Source: a virus (lineage: Duplodnaviria > Caudoviricetes). Taken from it: a DNA stretch of 64,000 nucleotides. The translations under genes and the position numbers were made by a program. The stretch is taken from the IMG/VR virus record IMGVR_UViG_3300026258_000271, positions 32,001-96,000 of that record; one strand, written 5' to 3'. The notes beneath the pieces are model-generated. The model did no database searches. It was not told where the DNA came from and was given only the letters and a program-made list of their open reading frames with translations. Shown here piece after piece: positions 1 through 8,916 of this stretch (within the stretch, counting starts at the first letter, position 1; every line of letters begins with the position of its first letter).

Positions 1-2
1 TC

Positions 3-266
3 AATCCAAAAGTGTTTACACCAGATAACGCAGATGAATTATTAGATTACAAATTGGGTTCAGGTGGCGGTACAGAGTTTGAATGTAATTGGGACTACAT
101 GAAAAAAGAAGGCATTGAGCCTAAGAAATTTGTTATGTTCACAGATGGATGGCCTTTCAATACATGGGGTGACGAGAATTATTGCGATACAATATTCTTA
201 ATTAATAATCCTTACGAAAGAGATATTGAAGCACCATGGGGAATGACTGTCCAATACAACGATTAG
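3..266 (+). CDS. VWA-like domain protein (DUF2201-type), C-terminal fragment
   Basis: Frame is open from the window edge; GGGTEF and FVMFTDG motifs are typical of the VWA-like C-terminus of DUF2201 proteins. Confidence 0.7.
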   Translation, partial: NPKVFTPDNADELLDYKLGSGGGTEFECNWDYMKKEGIEPKKFVMFTDGWPFNTWGDENYCDTIFLINNPYERDIEAPWGMTVQYND

Positions 267-267
267 T

Positions 268-534
268 ATGCGTATAAATCCTAAAAATTTTTACAAGCGA
301 GAACTTGATATGTTACCACCACACTTTGTTAATACTGTGGTAAAGGCACACGAGGCCGATGTAGAAAAAATGCGTAAATGGATTTACGAAAACTGCACAG
401 GCAGATATTCAATTACCAAAGATGTTGTGTCAGATGGTAATTCATCTAGGGCAATCACTGTGCTAGGATTTGAAGAACCTGGTGACCTAACACTGTTTGC
501 ATTGAGCGGAATTGCTCAGAACTATCAAAAATAA
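268..534 (+). CDS. hypothetical phage protein
   Basis: 88-aa ORF starting 1 nt after the upstream stop. Confidence 0.75.
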   Translation: MRINPKNFYKRELDMLPPHFVNTVVKAHEADVEKMRKWIYENCTGRYSITKDVVSDGNSSRAITVLGFEEPGDLTLFALSGIAQNYQK

Positions 535-537
535 CTG

Positions 538-567
538 TTGCACTCCATAATTACTTTATAGTATAAT
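538..567 (+). promoter_or_regulatory. sigma70-like promoter
   Basis: TTGCAC (538-543), 18-nt spacer, TATAAT (562-567); AGGAGA RBS at 595-600 before ATG 607. Confidence 0.55.
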
Positions 568-579
568 ATGCGTATATTA

Positions 580-595
580 TATTAATCGATTAATA
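580..595. promoter_or_regulatory. perfect 16-bp palindrome, possible operator
   Basis: TATTAATCGATTAATA lies between the promoter and the RBS. Confidence 0.35.
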
Positions 596-606
596 GGAGA
601 AAATAA

Positions 607-891
607 ATGGTAGCAAAAAAGAAAAGTTTGAAGAAGCCAGACGAAGCAACCGGAACGGCGACGGCCAATCCGCAGGCTCCACAACAGGATCCAACTGCTT
701 TATCTATCGGCGACTTGAAGAATCTTTCTACAATACTTGATGTAGCATCTACAAGAGGTGCATTCAAGGCCGGTGAAATGGCAGGAGTAGGATTCTTATA
801 TAACAAACTTCAGGCGTTCTTAGCCAAAGTGGCACCGGAACAAAAACCTGAAGGTAATGCAGGAGCATCAGCACCTGCGGAAGGAAAATAA
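607..891 (+). CDS. hypothetical phage protein
   Basis: 94-aa ORF with a strong AGGAGA RBS. Confidence 0.8.
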   Translation: MVAKKKSLKKPDEATGTATANPQAPQQDPTALSIGDLKNLSTILDVASTRGAFKAGEMAGVGFLYNKLQAFLAKVAPEQKPEGNAGASAPAEGK

Positions 892-892
892 T

Positions 893-1438
893 ATGGCAAC
901 TCTAATGAACGTGAACAACCAGGCTATGCCAATGGGTGAAAACACAGGAGCGGCAGGTGATGGTCAGACGGGTCCAAAGAGACACTTCAAACATATTGGA
1001 GAATTAGCGGATGAGTCAAAAGCGAAAGTAGTAATCATGTACAGAACAGTACCAGGCGAGGCAGACAACTGTCTAGTAGTTGGCACTAAATTTTTACCTG
1101 ATATGTACCACAATGCATTAATGAAAGCAGTTGAATCAGAAGGCGGACAACAAGCAGAAGAATTTGCAGATTTCGCCAGCAGACAGACTTTCCCTGATGG
1201 CACTAATATGTTACAACTTTTACACAATGACAATTACATCAAAAAGTTTAAGACCAAAGAGATAATGGTCACTTTTGGTTCAACAGAAGATGGTAGAATT
1301 CTACTTAACAAGTTGAACGAGATGATAGCAAAAGAGAAAGGTGTATCAGTTAAAGATCTTGCACAAGATCCAGAAGCACCAGCGGCCAAGAAAAAAGCGT
1401 CAAAAAAAGATGCCAAAGAGACAGCCGCCAAAGAATAG
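893..1438 (+). CDS. hypothetical phage protein
   Basis: Start moved to ATG 893, 1 nt after the upstream stop; Lys/Ala-rich tail. Confidence 0.8.
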   Translation: MATLMNVNNQAMPMGENTGAAGDGQTGPKRHFKHIGELADESKAKVVIMYRTVPGEADNCLVVGTKFLPDMYHNALMKAVESEGGQQAEEFADFASRQTFPDGTNMLQLLHNDNYIKKFKTKEIMVTFGSTEDGRILLNKLNEMIAKEKGVSVKDLAQDPEAPAAKKKASKKDAKETAAKE

Positions 1439-1751
1439 TACATGGGTACAACTTACGAAGGATTTCGTAAAAGAGTGGCCGGAGGTACTGGATGGTTTAC
1501 ACTTCCAGAACATGCCGGTCAAGTACCTGTTGTATGTAAATCTTATTCTTAAGAACAACATCACAATAAACTACAATATACAAAAAGAGCTCAAATCAAA
1601 AAAGCAGACCAGCATTGCTAGATTCCTTAAATCTACAATAGAGCAAAACTATTCTAAGATAAAGAACGTGCATCTGAAGTTTGATATTCCAAAGTTAAAA
1701 AAAGACATGGAGTCAAAAACTTCATTAATGCTTTCTAAGACATTCAAGTAA
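1410..1751 (+). CDS. hypothetical basic phage protein
   Basis: Likely ATG at 1410; stop overlaps the next start (TAATG). Confidence 0.7.
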   Translation: MPKRQPPKNSTWVQLTKDFVKEWPEVLDGLHFQNMPVKYLLYVNLILKNNITINYNIQKELKSKKQTSIARFLKSTIEQNYSKIKNVHLKFDIPKLKKDMESKTSLMLSKTFK

Positions 1752-2389
1752 TGACCTACGATAAGAAATTTTTAATTATTACAGCACACCCCGATGACCT
1801 GGAGATGGCCTGTGGCGGATTAGTTGCCAAGATAAAAGCGAACGGTGGAAGTGTTACCAACCTAATACTTGTACAGCCATCTGCCGAAATAAATGAAAAA
1901 AGGAACATGCAGATTGTCAAAAAGGAATTGGACAAGAGCCAAGACATTTTAGGATTCAAGTCAGTGGTATACAACACGCCATTGCATGACAACGGAAGAC
2001 CAAATTTAACACTTGATAATAATTTAATTACTGATGCAGAACATATTGCCCAAGGACATGACATTTTGATCACACATTGGAAAGAGGATCATCATCAAGA
2101 TCATAGAGTGTGCTATGATGTAGGACGCAGTATTGCTAGGAAAAATTTTCAACAGTTTTGGTGTATGGATGAACCGCCATATAATCTACATTACAAAAAT
2201 TTCAATTGCAACCAATATGTAGATATAACCGATTATGTTGATACTAAAATAAAGGCCTTACAATCATATGACACTTACTTTAATAAAGACAGCATAGATA
2301 CAATAATAAATTACAATAGATACAGAGGCAGTTTTTTGGGATCGGGCAAGGTTGCAGAAACGTTTCAAATAATGTACAATAAAATATGA
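1751..2389 (+). CDS. PIG-L/LmbE family N-acetyl-sugar deacetylase
   Basis: AHPDD and HHQDH metal motifs, KIKALQSY, C-terminal AETF. Confidence 0.88.
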   Translation: MTYDKKFLIITAHPDDLEMACGGLVAKIKANGGSVTNLILVQPSAEINEKRNMQIVKKELDKSQDILGFKSVVYNTPLHDNGRPNLTLDNNLITDAEHIAQGHDILITHWKEDHHQDHRVCYDVGRSIARKNFQQFWCMDEPPYNLHYKNFNCNQYVDITDYVDTKIKALQSYDTYFNKDSIDTIINYNRYRGSFLGSGKVAETFQIMYNKI

Positions 2390-3387
2390 GAATTTTAGTA
2401 TTAGGCGGTTATGGTTTTATTGGCAGTCACATATGCCAACAATTAAAAGCAGAAGGACACACGATAGGTATTGTTGACTGCTTTCATCAGTATTACACAT
2501 TTCCAGACTGGGAGTACCATCCTGTTTTATCACAAAGGAAATCGATTACAAATACAGACAAAGAATACATAGGACAAATTGAGAACTTTCAATTTATGGA
2601 ACAGACATTCGAAGATTTCAAGCCAGAAAGAGTAATTCACGTAGCGACGTATCCAAATGCTAGAATGGTCAAAAGAAATGTGCTAGATGCAACCAACAAC
2701 ATGATCACTGCCACTGCGTATATCTTAGATTTATGTGTGAAACATAAAGTTGAAAAAATTGTATATGCATCAAGCAGTATGGTCTATGGTGAATTTAATG
2801 GAGGCATTCCAGATGAGAATGTTGTGCCAAAACCTAACACACTTTATGGTTCATATAAAAGACAAGGGGAGTTGATGTGTAAAATTTGGCATCGTGAACA
2901 AGGATTGAATTATGTAATAATGAGGCCTTCCGCATTGTATGGTGAGAAAGATACTATCACACGTGTTATAAGTCAATTAGTCAAAAATGCTTTGACTGTT
3001 GGGGACATGACTGTACAAGGTCCTGACAATAAACTTGATTTCTCAAATGTCTTAGATGTGGCCAAATACTTTGCACTAGCAACAACAAACGAAGTAGTAA
3101 ATGAAACATTTAATTGCACTAGAGGTAATGGAAGAAAAATTGTTGAAGCGGCTGAAATAATTAAATCAAGATTGGGAGTGGGTAACATAATAACAAAACC
3201 ACACGATGCATTCTATCCTAATAGAGATACATTAAACAGTGACAAAGCAAAAACCATGTTAAATTTCAATCCAACTATAGATATAGAGCAAGGTATACCA
3301 AAATACATAAATTGGTTTTTAAGACAACCGTTCTATTTTCAAAATTTAGATATTAATAAAAAGTTTCAGTTGGGTACAACTGTTTAA
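2386..3387 (+). CDS. NAD-dependent epimerase/dehydratase (extended SDR)
   Basis: GGYGFIG Rossmann motif, ASSSMVYG, catalytic YGSYK. Confidence 0.92.
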   Translation: MRILVLGGYGFIGSHICQQLKAEGHTIGIVDCFHQYYTFPDWEYHPVLSQRKSITNTDKEYIGQIENFQFMEQTFEDFKPERVIHVATYPNARMVKRNVLDATNNMITATAYILDLCVKHKVEKIVYASSSMVYGEFNGGIPDENVVPKPNTLYGSYKRQGELMCKIWHREQGLNYVIMRPSALYGEKDTITRVISQLVKNALTVGDMTVQGPDNKLDFSNVLDVAKYFALATTNEVVNETFNCTRGNGRKIVEAAEIIKSRLGVGNIITKPHDAFYPNRDTLNSDKAKTMLNFNPTIDIEQGIPKYINWFLRQPFYFQNLDINKKFQLGTTV

Positions 3388-4678
3388 ATTTATCTCTACA
3401 AAAATCCCAAGTATAAGTTTTTAAAATTTTATCTTCGTCAAACTCACACTCTTCTGTAAATTGTTTACCGTCATGCGATCCTTTGGACAACCATTCGTTA
3501 TCAGTGTCCAGCCATTTTTTTAACCTATGACTTGTTTCAACAGTAGGTTTTTTACTGTGCCATAGTACTAATTTCGAAACTTCCCTGAAAGCATTTTTCC
3601 AAGCCGTGTATGGATCAGGTGCCAGGAGAGATTCGCTGGCTACAATGGGCACAACTTCGTGAGGCTGTGACAGTGTGAAATCCAGTATGTTATTATCGGG
3701 TGTTGCCAAACAAAGTGATTTGCTGTATAGATCTATGTTAAAGGTTCCGTATTCTAAGTCCAATTCGTTTAATCTTGCATGGAATATCCTATGTCTTTTT
3801 GATAGTCCCCTGTCGACTGTGTAATCAAATCTAAAATCATCTTTCACAATACTTTTGGCAAAAACTGCATAGAAATATTCTGTCCCCGATGTTTCTGCCG
3901 CTTTCTTGTATGCTTTGGTACGACCGTCGACCCCTTTTATCCAATGTAATTTGTTAGATAGGTTATTCTTTTGTAAATGCTCTTGCAATATTTTGAAATT
4001 TTTATCCTCAAATGGTTCTCCATTGGAAATAAATGTTATATCGAAACAATCTTTTTTATCCTCTTCACCAATCACGTACAACAACGGATAGTCGTATATT
4101 TGTGTTTTGATTGAGTCTAATGCTTTCCTTGGAATATAAAATGTGTTTTTGTCTTTATAAATTTTTAAATCTTCCCAGTAAGAAGGATAAATCTTGCTAT
4201 TGTTTTCTTTTTCATAGTATCTAATATAACTTGCATTAGAAATTTTTATGTCTGGTATGTTGTGTATAACATTTTCTAGATTGTATTCCAAGTCATGAAA
4301 ATCAAAATCATAATTGCCATTGTACTCATGATAATTTACGTCTTTAAAATCTCGTAAAAATTTAATTTTTTGCTCTGAAAAACATTTAGGAAATAAAAAT
4401 GTGTCTCCTTCATTTTGCCCTTTTTCACTCCAAACGTGTAATTGCTTTGTTTGATGCTGTTCTGGTATGTAATCGAAATCAAATTTTGTGTAATCAATTT
4501 TTGTGCTTAACAACCAAGTGTATTCTGTGTTGGATGTTGATAGCATTGATTTTATAATATCATGATAACTGTTAACGAATGGCACAATAATTGCATGTGG
4601 AAACTTATTACGTATCGTTTGCAAATTAATGTCAGTGTTTTTGTTTTTAAAATCTACTACTACACAATCAAACGCCAT
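3353..4678 (-). CDS. glycosyltransferase-like protein (GT-A-like C-terminal domain)
   Basis: C-terminal half resembles 16622..17518 (FISxxE, GVDG..AYKKAA, AFREVSK); start moved to MAFDC. Confidence 0.6.
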   Translation of the reverse strand: MAFDCVVVDFKNKNTDINLQTIRNKFPHAIIVPFVNSYHDIIKSMLSTSNTEYTWLLSTKIDYTKFDFDYIPEQHQTKQLHVWSEKGQNEGDTFLFPKCFSEQKIKFLRDFKDVNYHEYNGNYDFDFHDLEYNLENVIHNIPDIKISNASYIRYYEKENNSKIYPSYWEDLKIYKDKNTFYIPRKALDSIKTQIYDYPLLYVIGEEDKKDCFDITFISNGEPFEDKNFKILQEHLQKNNLSNKLHWIKGVDGRTKAYKKAAETSGTEYFYAVFAKSIVKDDFRFDYTVDRGLSKRHRIFHARLNELDLEYGTFNIDLYSKSLCLATPDNNILDFTLSQPHEVVPIVASESLLAPDPYTAWKNAFREVSKLVLWHSKKPTVETSHRLKKWLDTDNEWLSKGSHDGKQFTEECEFDEDKILKTYTWDFCRDKFKQLYPTETFY

Positions 4679-5750
4679 AATATTCTCCAATACATTTACA
4701 TATGTAAAGAACTTCTTGTTTTTTAAGAAAAGGATGTATTGGTAATGATAACACGTCTGTACAGAATTTTTCAGCATTTGGCATTTCCTGTCCGTTATCA
4801 AACATCTTCATTTTAGACATTGGTTGTGGATAATGTATTTGTGTCTGTATACCTTTCTCTTCTAAAAATTTTTTAAGACCATCTCTGTCCTGTGTTTTAA
4901 TTACTAGTTTGTGATTGTTTGATATTGTACCTGTGCCTGTTTGTATCGAATTTATACCTAGATCCAAAAGTTTTTCTTCATACCACTTTCTCACCTTCTT
5001 TGTTTTGCCTAGAAGTCCTTTGTACTTCGACAGCAAGAAATTTAAAATATTTGCGTGTTCATGACTCATGCATGAGTTATAACCATGGTTTAACTTTGCT
5101 GTGCCTTGACCATGATATCTAAGGCTACGTATTAGATCTCTATCAATTTCGCTATCTGTCAAAACCATACCACCGTTGCCGAAAGCAGGTAATGGTTTAC
5201 TTGGTGCAAAACTCAAAGTGCTTATATCACCAAGTTTGCCGCTTGGCACATTATTGTAATAACTTCCAAAACTCTGTGCCGCGTCCTCTATCAAAGGTAT
5301 TCTTCTCTTTACACAAAATTCTTTGAGTGTTGAATAGTCAGCAAGATTGCCAAAAAGATTCACATATACCACAGCGTCAGGCAATCCAAAGTCAGGTAAT
5401 TTTGAAATCAACCCTTTGTTGTCAACGTCCACAAAATTTATTGTAGCACCTGTTCTTTTTATCGATTCGGCCGTGGCCAAATAACTGATTGCAGGACAAA
5501 GTACTGTGCTCTCAGGTCCTATGCCTTTGGCTCTAAGGGCAAAGTATAATGCATCGGTACCACTACCTACAGCGATAGCATATTTTCTTTTTGTGTGTTT
5601 TGCCACTGCGGATTCAAACTGATCAACATAACTTCCTTCAACGTGTCTGTTACCAACTACGTTTCCTGTTTTCCAAACTTGCTTGGCTCTACGTGTGATA
5701 CGCCAACTGTATTCGTCATATATTCTGTCCAAACCATTGAACTTTATCAT
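4668..5750 (-). CDS. DegT/DnrJ/EryC1/StrS PLP-dependent sugar aminotransferase
   Basis: GSGTDAL, IEDAAQSFG, SFAPSKPL (PLP Lys), LSLPIHP. Confidence 0.93.
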   Translation of the reverse strand: MIKFNGLDRIYDEYSWRITRRAKQVWKTGNVVGNRHVEGSYVDQFESAVAKHTKRKYAIAVGSGTDALYFALRAKGIGPESTVLCPAISYLATAESIKRTGATINFVDVDNKGLISKLPDFGLPDAVVYVNLFGNLADYSTLKEFCVKRRIPLIEDAAQSFGSYYNNVPSGKLGDISTLSFAPSKPLPAFGNGGMVLTDSEIDRDLIRSLRYHGQGTAKLNHGYNSCMSHEHANILNFLLSKYKGLLGKTKKVRKWYEEKLLDLGINSIQTGTGTISNNHKLVIKTQDRDGLKKFLEEKGIQTQIHYPQPMSKMKMFDNGQEMPNAEKFCTDVLSLPIHPFLKKQEVLYICKCIGEYYGV

Positions 5751-7210
5751 AAAACTTTCACTCCGTATTTTGCTGTCCAATCTTTACCATCTTTGGTGTC
5801 ATTTACCATGGGCATACCCTTAATATTCAAACTGGTGTTCAAAAGTATTGGACAACCCGTTTCTTTCTTCCATGCTTTCAGCAGTTCATAAAACCCTTCA
5901 TTGTCGCTTTTTGACACGGTTTGCACCCTAGATGTGCCATCATAGTGTAATATGGCAGGACAGTCTTTACCATGCGTGTACGCCGCTGTATATTGCATAT
6001 AAGGGGTGTTTTTGACGCCGGTAGGTAGGGCAAAATAGTCGTTTACATCCTCTTCTAGTATGGCCGGAGCGAACGGTCTGAACTTCTGCCTTTTCTTGAT
6101 TGCGTTTACCAGATCCTTGATGTCCTCACCCCTCGGGTCTGCCAAAAGCGATCTATTACCAAGTGCCCTCGGTCCAAACTCTGCTCTGCCATTTGCGACT
6201 CCCACCATCTTGTTTTCTTTCAATTCTTTTATTATTGCGTCCACAGGATACTCACCTTCTATGTTGTGTCCAAGGAATGGATGTTCCCATTTGATATGAG
6301 ATTTTTCATTTGCCGCTATGCAACCCAAACTGGAACCTGCGTCTCCTGGATTTGGTATTATCCATATGTTGTCAAACAATCCAAGATTAGCCAACACTTT
6401 GTTGGCCGCACAGTTGAGTGCTACTCCACCGGCATATACCAAATTACGTGATCCATACTTGCTGGCTCTATGCCATAACCCTGCAAGGCATTCTTCTGTT
6501 ACCGACTGTATACTTGCGGCGAGGTCCATGGGATCTGCTTCCGGATGCCAATCTCCCAACCCTCTGTGTAGATTCTGTTTGAGTTTGAAAGGAGATTGAT
6601 GCACGAAGTCGTTGTATATGTCATCTTTGTATTTTGGTTCACCGTAAGCGGCCATTCCCATTAGAATATATTCCTCCTCGGCAGGTTTCAGTCCACAACG
6701 ATGTGTGAATGCAGAATACAATATACCTAAACTATGTGGATATTTTATTGTTTCTTTTCTTTCTATCCAAATTTTTTCCGCTGTGCTTATTGAAACAGTA
6801 TCCCATTCACCTATTGCATCCACTGTCAGTATTGTTGCTTCTCTGAATGGCGATGTAAAGTATCCTGCGGCGGCGTGTGAGTCATGGTGTTTCACATACT
6901 CATCTATCTTAATATTGAAGTGATCCAAGTGCCACTGTGGAAGTTCTGTGTAACTCAATGCGTCTGTGTATTGTCCTGCATATAGTTGACGTGTTTTCTT
7001 AAGCCAGGGTTTTTCGTAGTAAACAACCTTGTCGAAAGGTCCATATGTCATTGCCTCATTGACTATCGCCTGATTCAAATAATGATCATTCTTTACTTTG
7101 GAATAACGTTCTGCGTGTGCGGCCCAAAGTATTTTTCCTATTCCTGAACTGTAATCAACTACTGCCATAGCGGCATCATGATTCATGCAATTAATTCCCA
7201 GTATCTTCAT
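5747..7210 (-). CDS. carbamoyltransferase (CmcH/NodU/TobZ family)
   Basis: HDAA, HHDSHAA, GGVALNC, GDAG, EFGPRALGNRS, FRPFAP, LNTSLN. Confidence 0.95.
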   Translation of the reverse strand: MKILGINCMNHDAAMAVVDYSSGIGKILWAAHAERYSKVKNDHYLNQAIVNEAMTYGPFDKVVYYEKPWLKKTRQLYAGQYTDALSYTELPQWHLDHFNIKIDEYVKHHDSHAAAGYFTSPFREATILTVDAIGEWDTVSISTAEKIWIERKETIKYPHSLGILYSAFTHRCGLKPAEEEYILMGMAAYGEPKYKDDIYNDFVHQSPFKLKQNLHRGLGDWHPEADPMDLAASIQSVTEECLAGLWHRASKYGSRNLVYAGGVALNCAANKVLANLGLFDNIWIIPNPGDAGSSLGCIAANEKSHIKWEHPFLGHNIEGEYPVDAIIKELKENKMVGVANGRAEFGPRALGNRSLLADPRGEDIKDLVNAIKKRQKFRPFAPAILEEDVNDYFALPTGVKNTPYMQYTAAYTHGKDCPAILHYDGTSRVQTVSKSDNEGFYELLKAWKKETGCPILLNTSLNIKGMPMVNDTKDGKDWTAKYGVKVL

Positions 7211-7358
7211 CTTCCTCCTTGTGCCATCCCATGTCTTCTATTTGTATGCTTTTACACTTAGGACAGACCCAACCTTCTTCTGTGTCAAAATCTTCTGCTA
7301 GTTCCTGTGCCACTCCCCGCCATTGACAGTCGTAACAATACCAGTTCCACCAAGTCAT
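7191..7358 (-). CDS. small zinc-ribbon protein
   Basis: CYDC...CPKC; start MTWWNW overlaps the upstream stop by 4 nt. Confidence 0.65.
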   Translation of the reverse strand: MTWWNWYCYDCQWRGVAQELAEDFDTEEGWVCPKCKSIQIEDMGWHKEEDEDTGN

Positions 7359-8002
7359 CCTATTTTGAAGAATCTTTTTGCTTTCTCGAGAGCCTTTTCC
7401 CAATCTTCAAGTGTGATGTCGTATTCGAAGTTCTGAGTCTTTTCATTGACTTGCAATTCCTTTGCACCATTTTTGATATGAAATCTTCTTGCCATTTCTG
7501 TCAATGGGGACAGTGTAACAAGTCTGTTTAGGTGATGTGATTTCTTTACCATCTTGTAAACTTCATTGACCATGTGTTTACCTCCACCTTTCTTCTTGGC
7601 CCACACTGTGTATGCTATTGCTATGTTACCTTGCACACCTGCTCTGTGTACTGCCTGCATGGCGGCGTCTTTACTCATTACATCCATTTCTTCCACAGTC
7701 TTGGGTACGTCATTGGTAAATGCAAAACACATAATTGCACATAAGTCACCCTCTTCGTCCTTTAATCCAAATATTTTTCTACCGTACGCCTGTCTAAACG
7801 CAAGGTCCAGTTCTGGTCTCACAGGATCTTCTGAACAGTCTATGTATGGAAGTTCTATTAAATCAAACTTTGGTTCTTTCTCCAACTTCTTTTTTGTATA
7901 ATTTTGCAGTTTGTCGAACCTATCCATTAAATCTGTGATAGATGGATGTCCCCTCCACTTTTTAAGAACTTCTTGCAGTTTCTCTTTATTAAGTATGTCC
8001 AT
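7355..8002 (-). CDS. hypothetical protein, possibly GNAT-like fold
   Basis: 215-aa ORF; YTVWAKKKGGG and ARRFHIKNG loosely resemble GNAT motifs. Confidence 0.6.
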   Translation of the reverse strand: MDILNKEKLQEVLKKWRGHPSITDLMDRFDKLQNYTKKKLEKEPKFDLIELPYIDCSEDPVRPELDLAFRQAYGRKIFGLKDEEGDLCAIMCFAFTNDVPKTVEEMDVMSKDAAMQAVHRAGVQGNIAIAYTVWAKKKGGGKHMVNEVYKMVKKSHHLNRLVTLSPLTEMARRFHIKNGAKELQVNEKTQNFEYDITLEDWEKALEKAKRFFKIG

Positions 8003-8005
8003 GTC

Positions 8006-8110
8006 CTATTTGTATATGAATGGGTCTTTCTTTTTTAATTCTTTCAGTCTTTTTCTGTACTTGATTTCTTCTCTTATTCTATTCCAAATATTTTTTAACC
8101 ATTTTATCAT
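8006..8110 (-). CDS. 34-aa basic peptide ending DPFIYK (not in ORF track)
   Basis: Hand translation MIKWLKNIWNRIREEIKYRKRLKELKKKDPFIYK*; GGAGG RBS; ATGA overlap with the upstream gene; fills the gap exactly. Confidence 0.75.
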   Translation of the reverse strand: MIKWLKNIWNRIREEIKYRKRLKELKKKDPFIYK

Positions 8111-8916
8111 CGTTTTCCTCCTATAAGATTATTAAACATTGGTTTCATTAACATTATAGCATCTTCGTGTGCTTTGTCTAGTGGATGTGTTACCCCCCTT
8201 TCGTAGTCGTTCAGCAAGGCCCATTGGTTGAAACCCATCATCCTTTCGCCAAAACTAAACCATTTGGTAAAATCAATTTCCTTGTGAAGTGCCTGGAGTA
8301 AAGGTTCGCCTTCCATAACATGTTTCAATTCATGGTAAAACAAACTATTATCGGCTAGTGTGAACATAAATGGTATGCCTTTCTTTTGTAAAATATTTTG
8401 CAACCAAATTATCGCATTCCAACTGAGATAGGTCTCATGGAACCAATTAGCGGCATGCCTATACAATGCATTTGCAAATGGTCTCACACCTGTCTGCTCG
8501 TAATTGTCTTCTCTTTTTTTCCATTCATTCAATTGCACTTCAGAATTTGCAAGTGTTCTATGTCTCTCTGCCGCACCTATGTTGGTGTCCCACGGCGATA
8601 TAGAGGCCCATCTTGTGTTTTCCAATGTTTTATGTCTTGGGAATGCCCAGTCATACCTCGATGTGAACGTCCACATCACAAATACGCCTTTGATAGTTTT
8701 GTGGGGGTGTTTTGAAACTTCCTGGAACACCTTTCTCGCAATGGCACAGTTTCCTATTCCACCATCTGCCGTGTTAATTAATTTTTTGCCCAATCCTTGT
8801 GTCTGTTGGAACAACCTATACGCCCATGATTTTTTAGAGGGCACCTGTCCCTTGACATCATCACTGAGCTCATGTCCAAAAGTAAAACTACAACCACCTG
8901 CAATATAATTAATCAT
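8107..8916 (-). CDS. SGNH/GDSL-like protein
   Basis: GGCSFTFG block I, GIGN, C-terminal THP..AH. Confidence 0.65.
   Translation of the reverse strand: MINYIAGGCSFTFGHELSDDVKGQVPSKKSWAYRLFQQTQGLGKKLINTADGGIGNCAIARKVFQEVSKHPHKTIKGVFVMWTFTSRYDWAFPRHKTLENTRWASISPWDTNIGAAERHRTLANSEVQLNEWKKREDNYEQTGVRPFANALYRHAANWFHETYLSWNAIIWLQNILQKKGIPFMFTLADNSLFYHELKHVMEGEPLLQALHKEIDFTKWFSFGERMMGFNQWALLNDYERGVTHPLDKAHEDAIMLMKPMFNNLIGGKR

Noticed and set aside
4679-4801. Long N-terminal extensions given by the ORF track (also 12071-12136, 31061-31159, 26459-26533)
   Set aside because: They overlap upstream genes extensively; downstream ATGs with short overlaps fit the operon pattern better.
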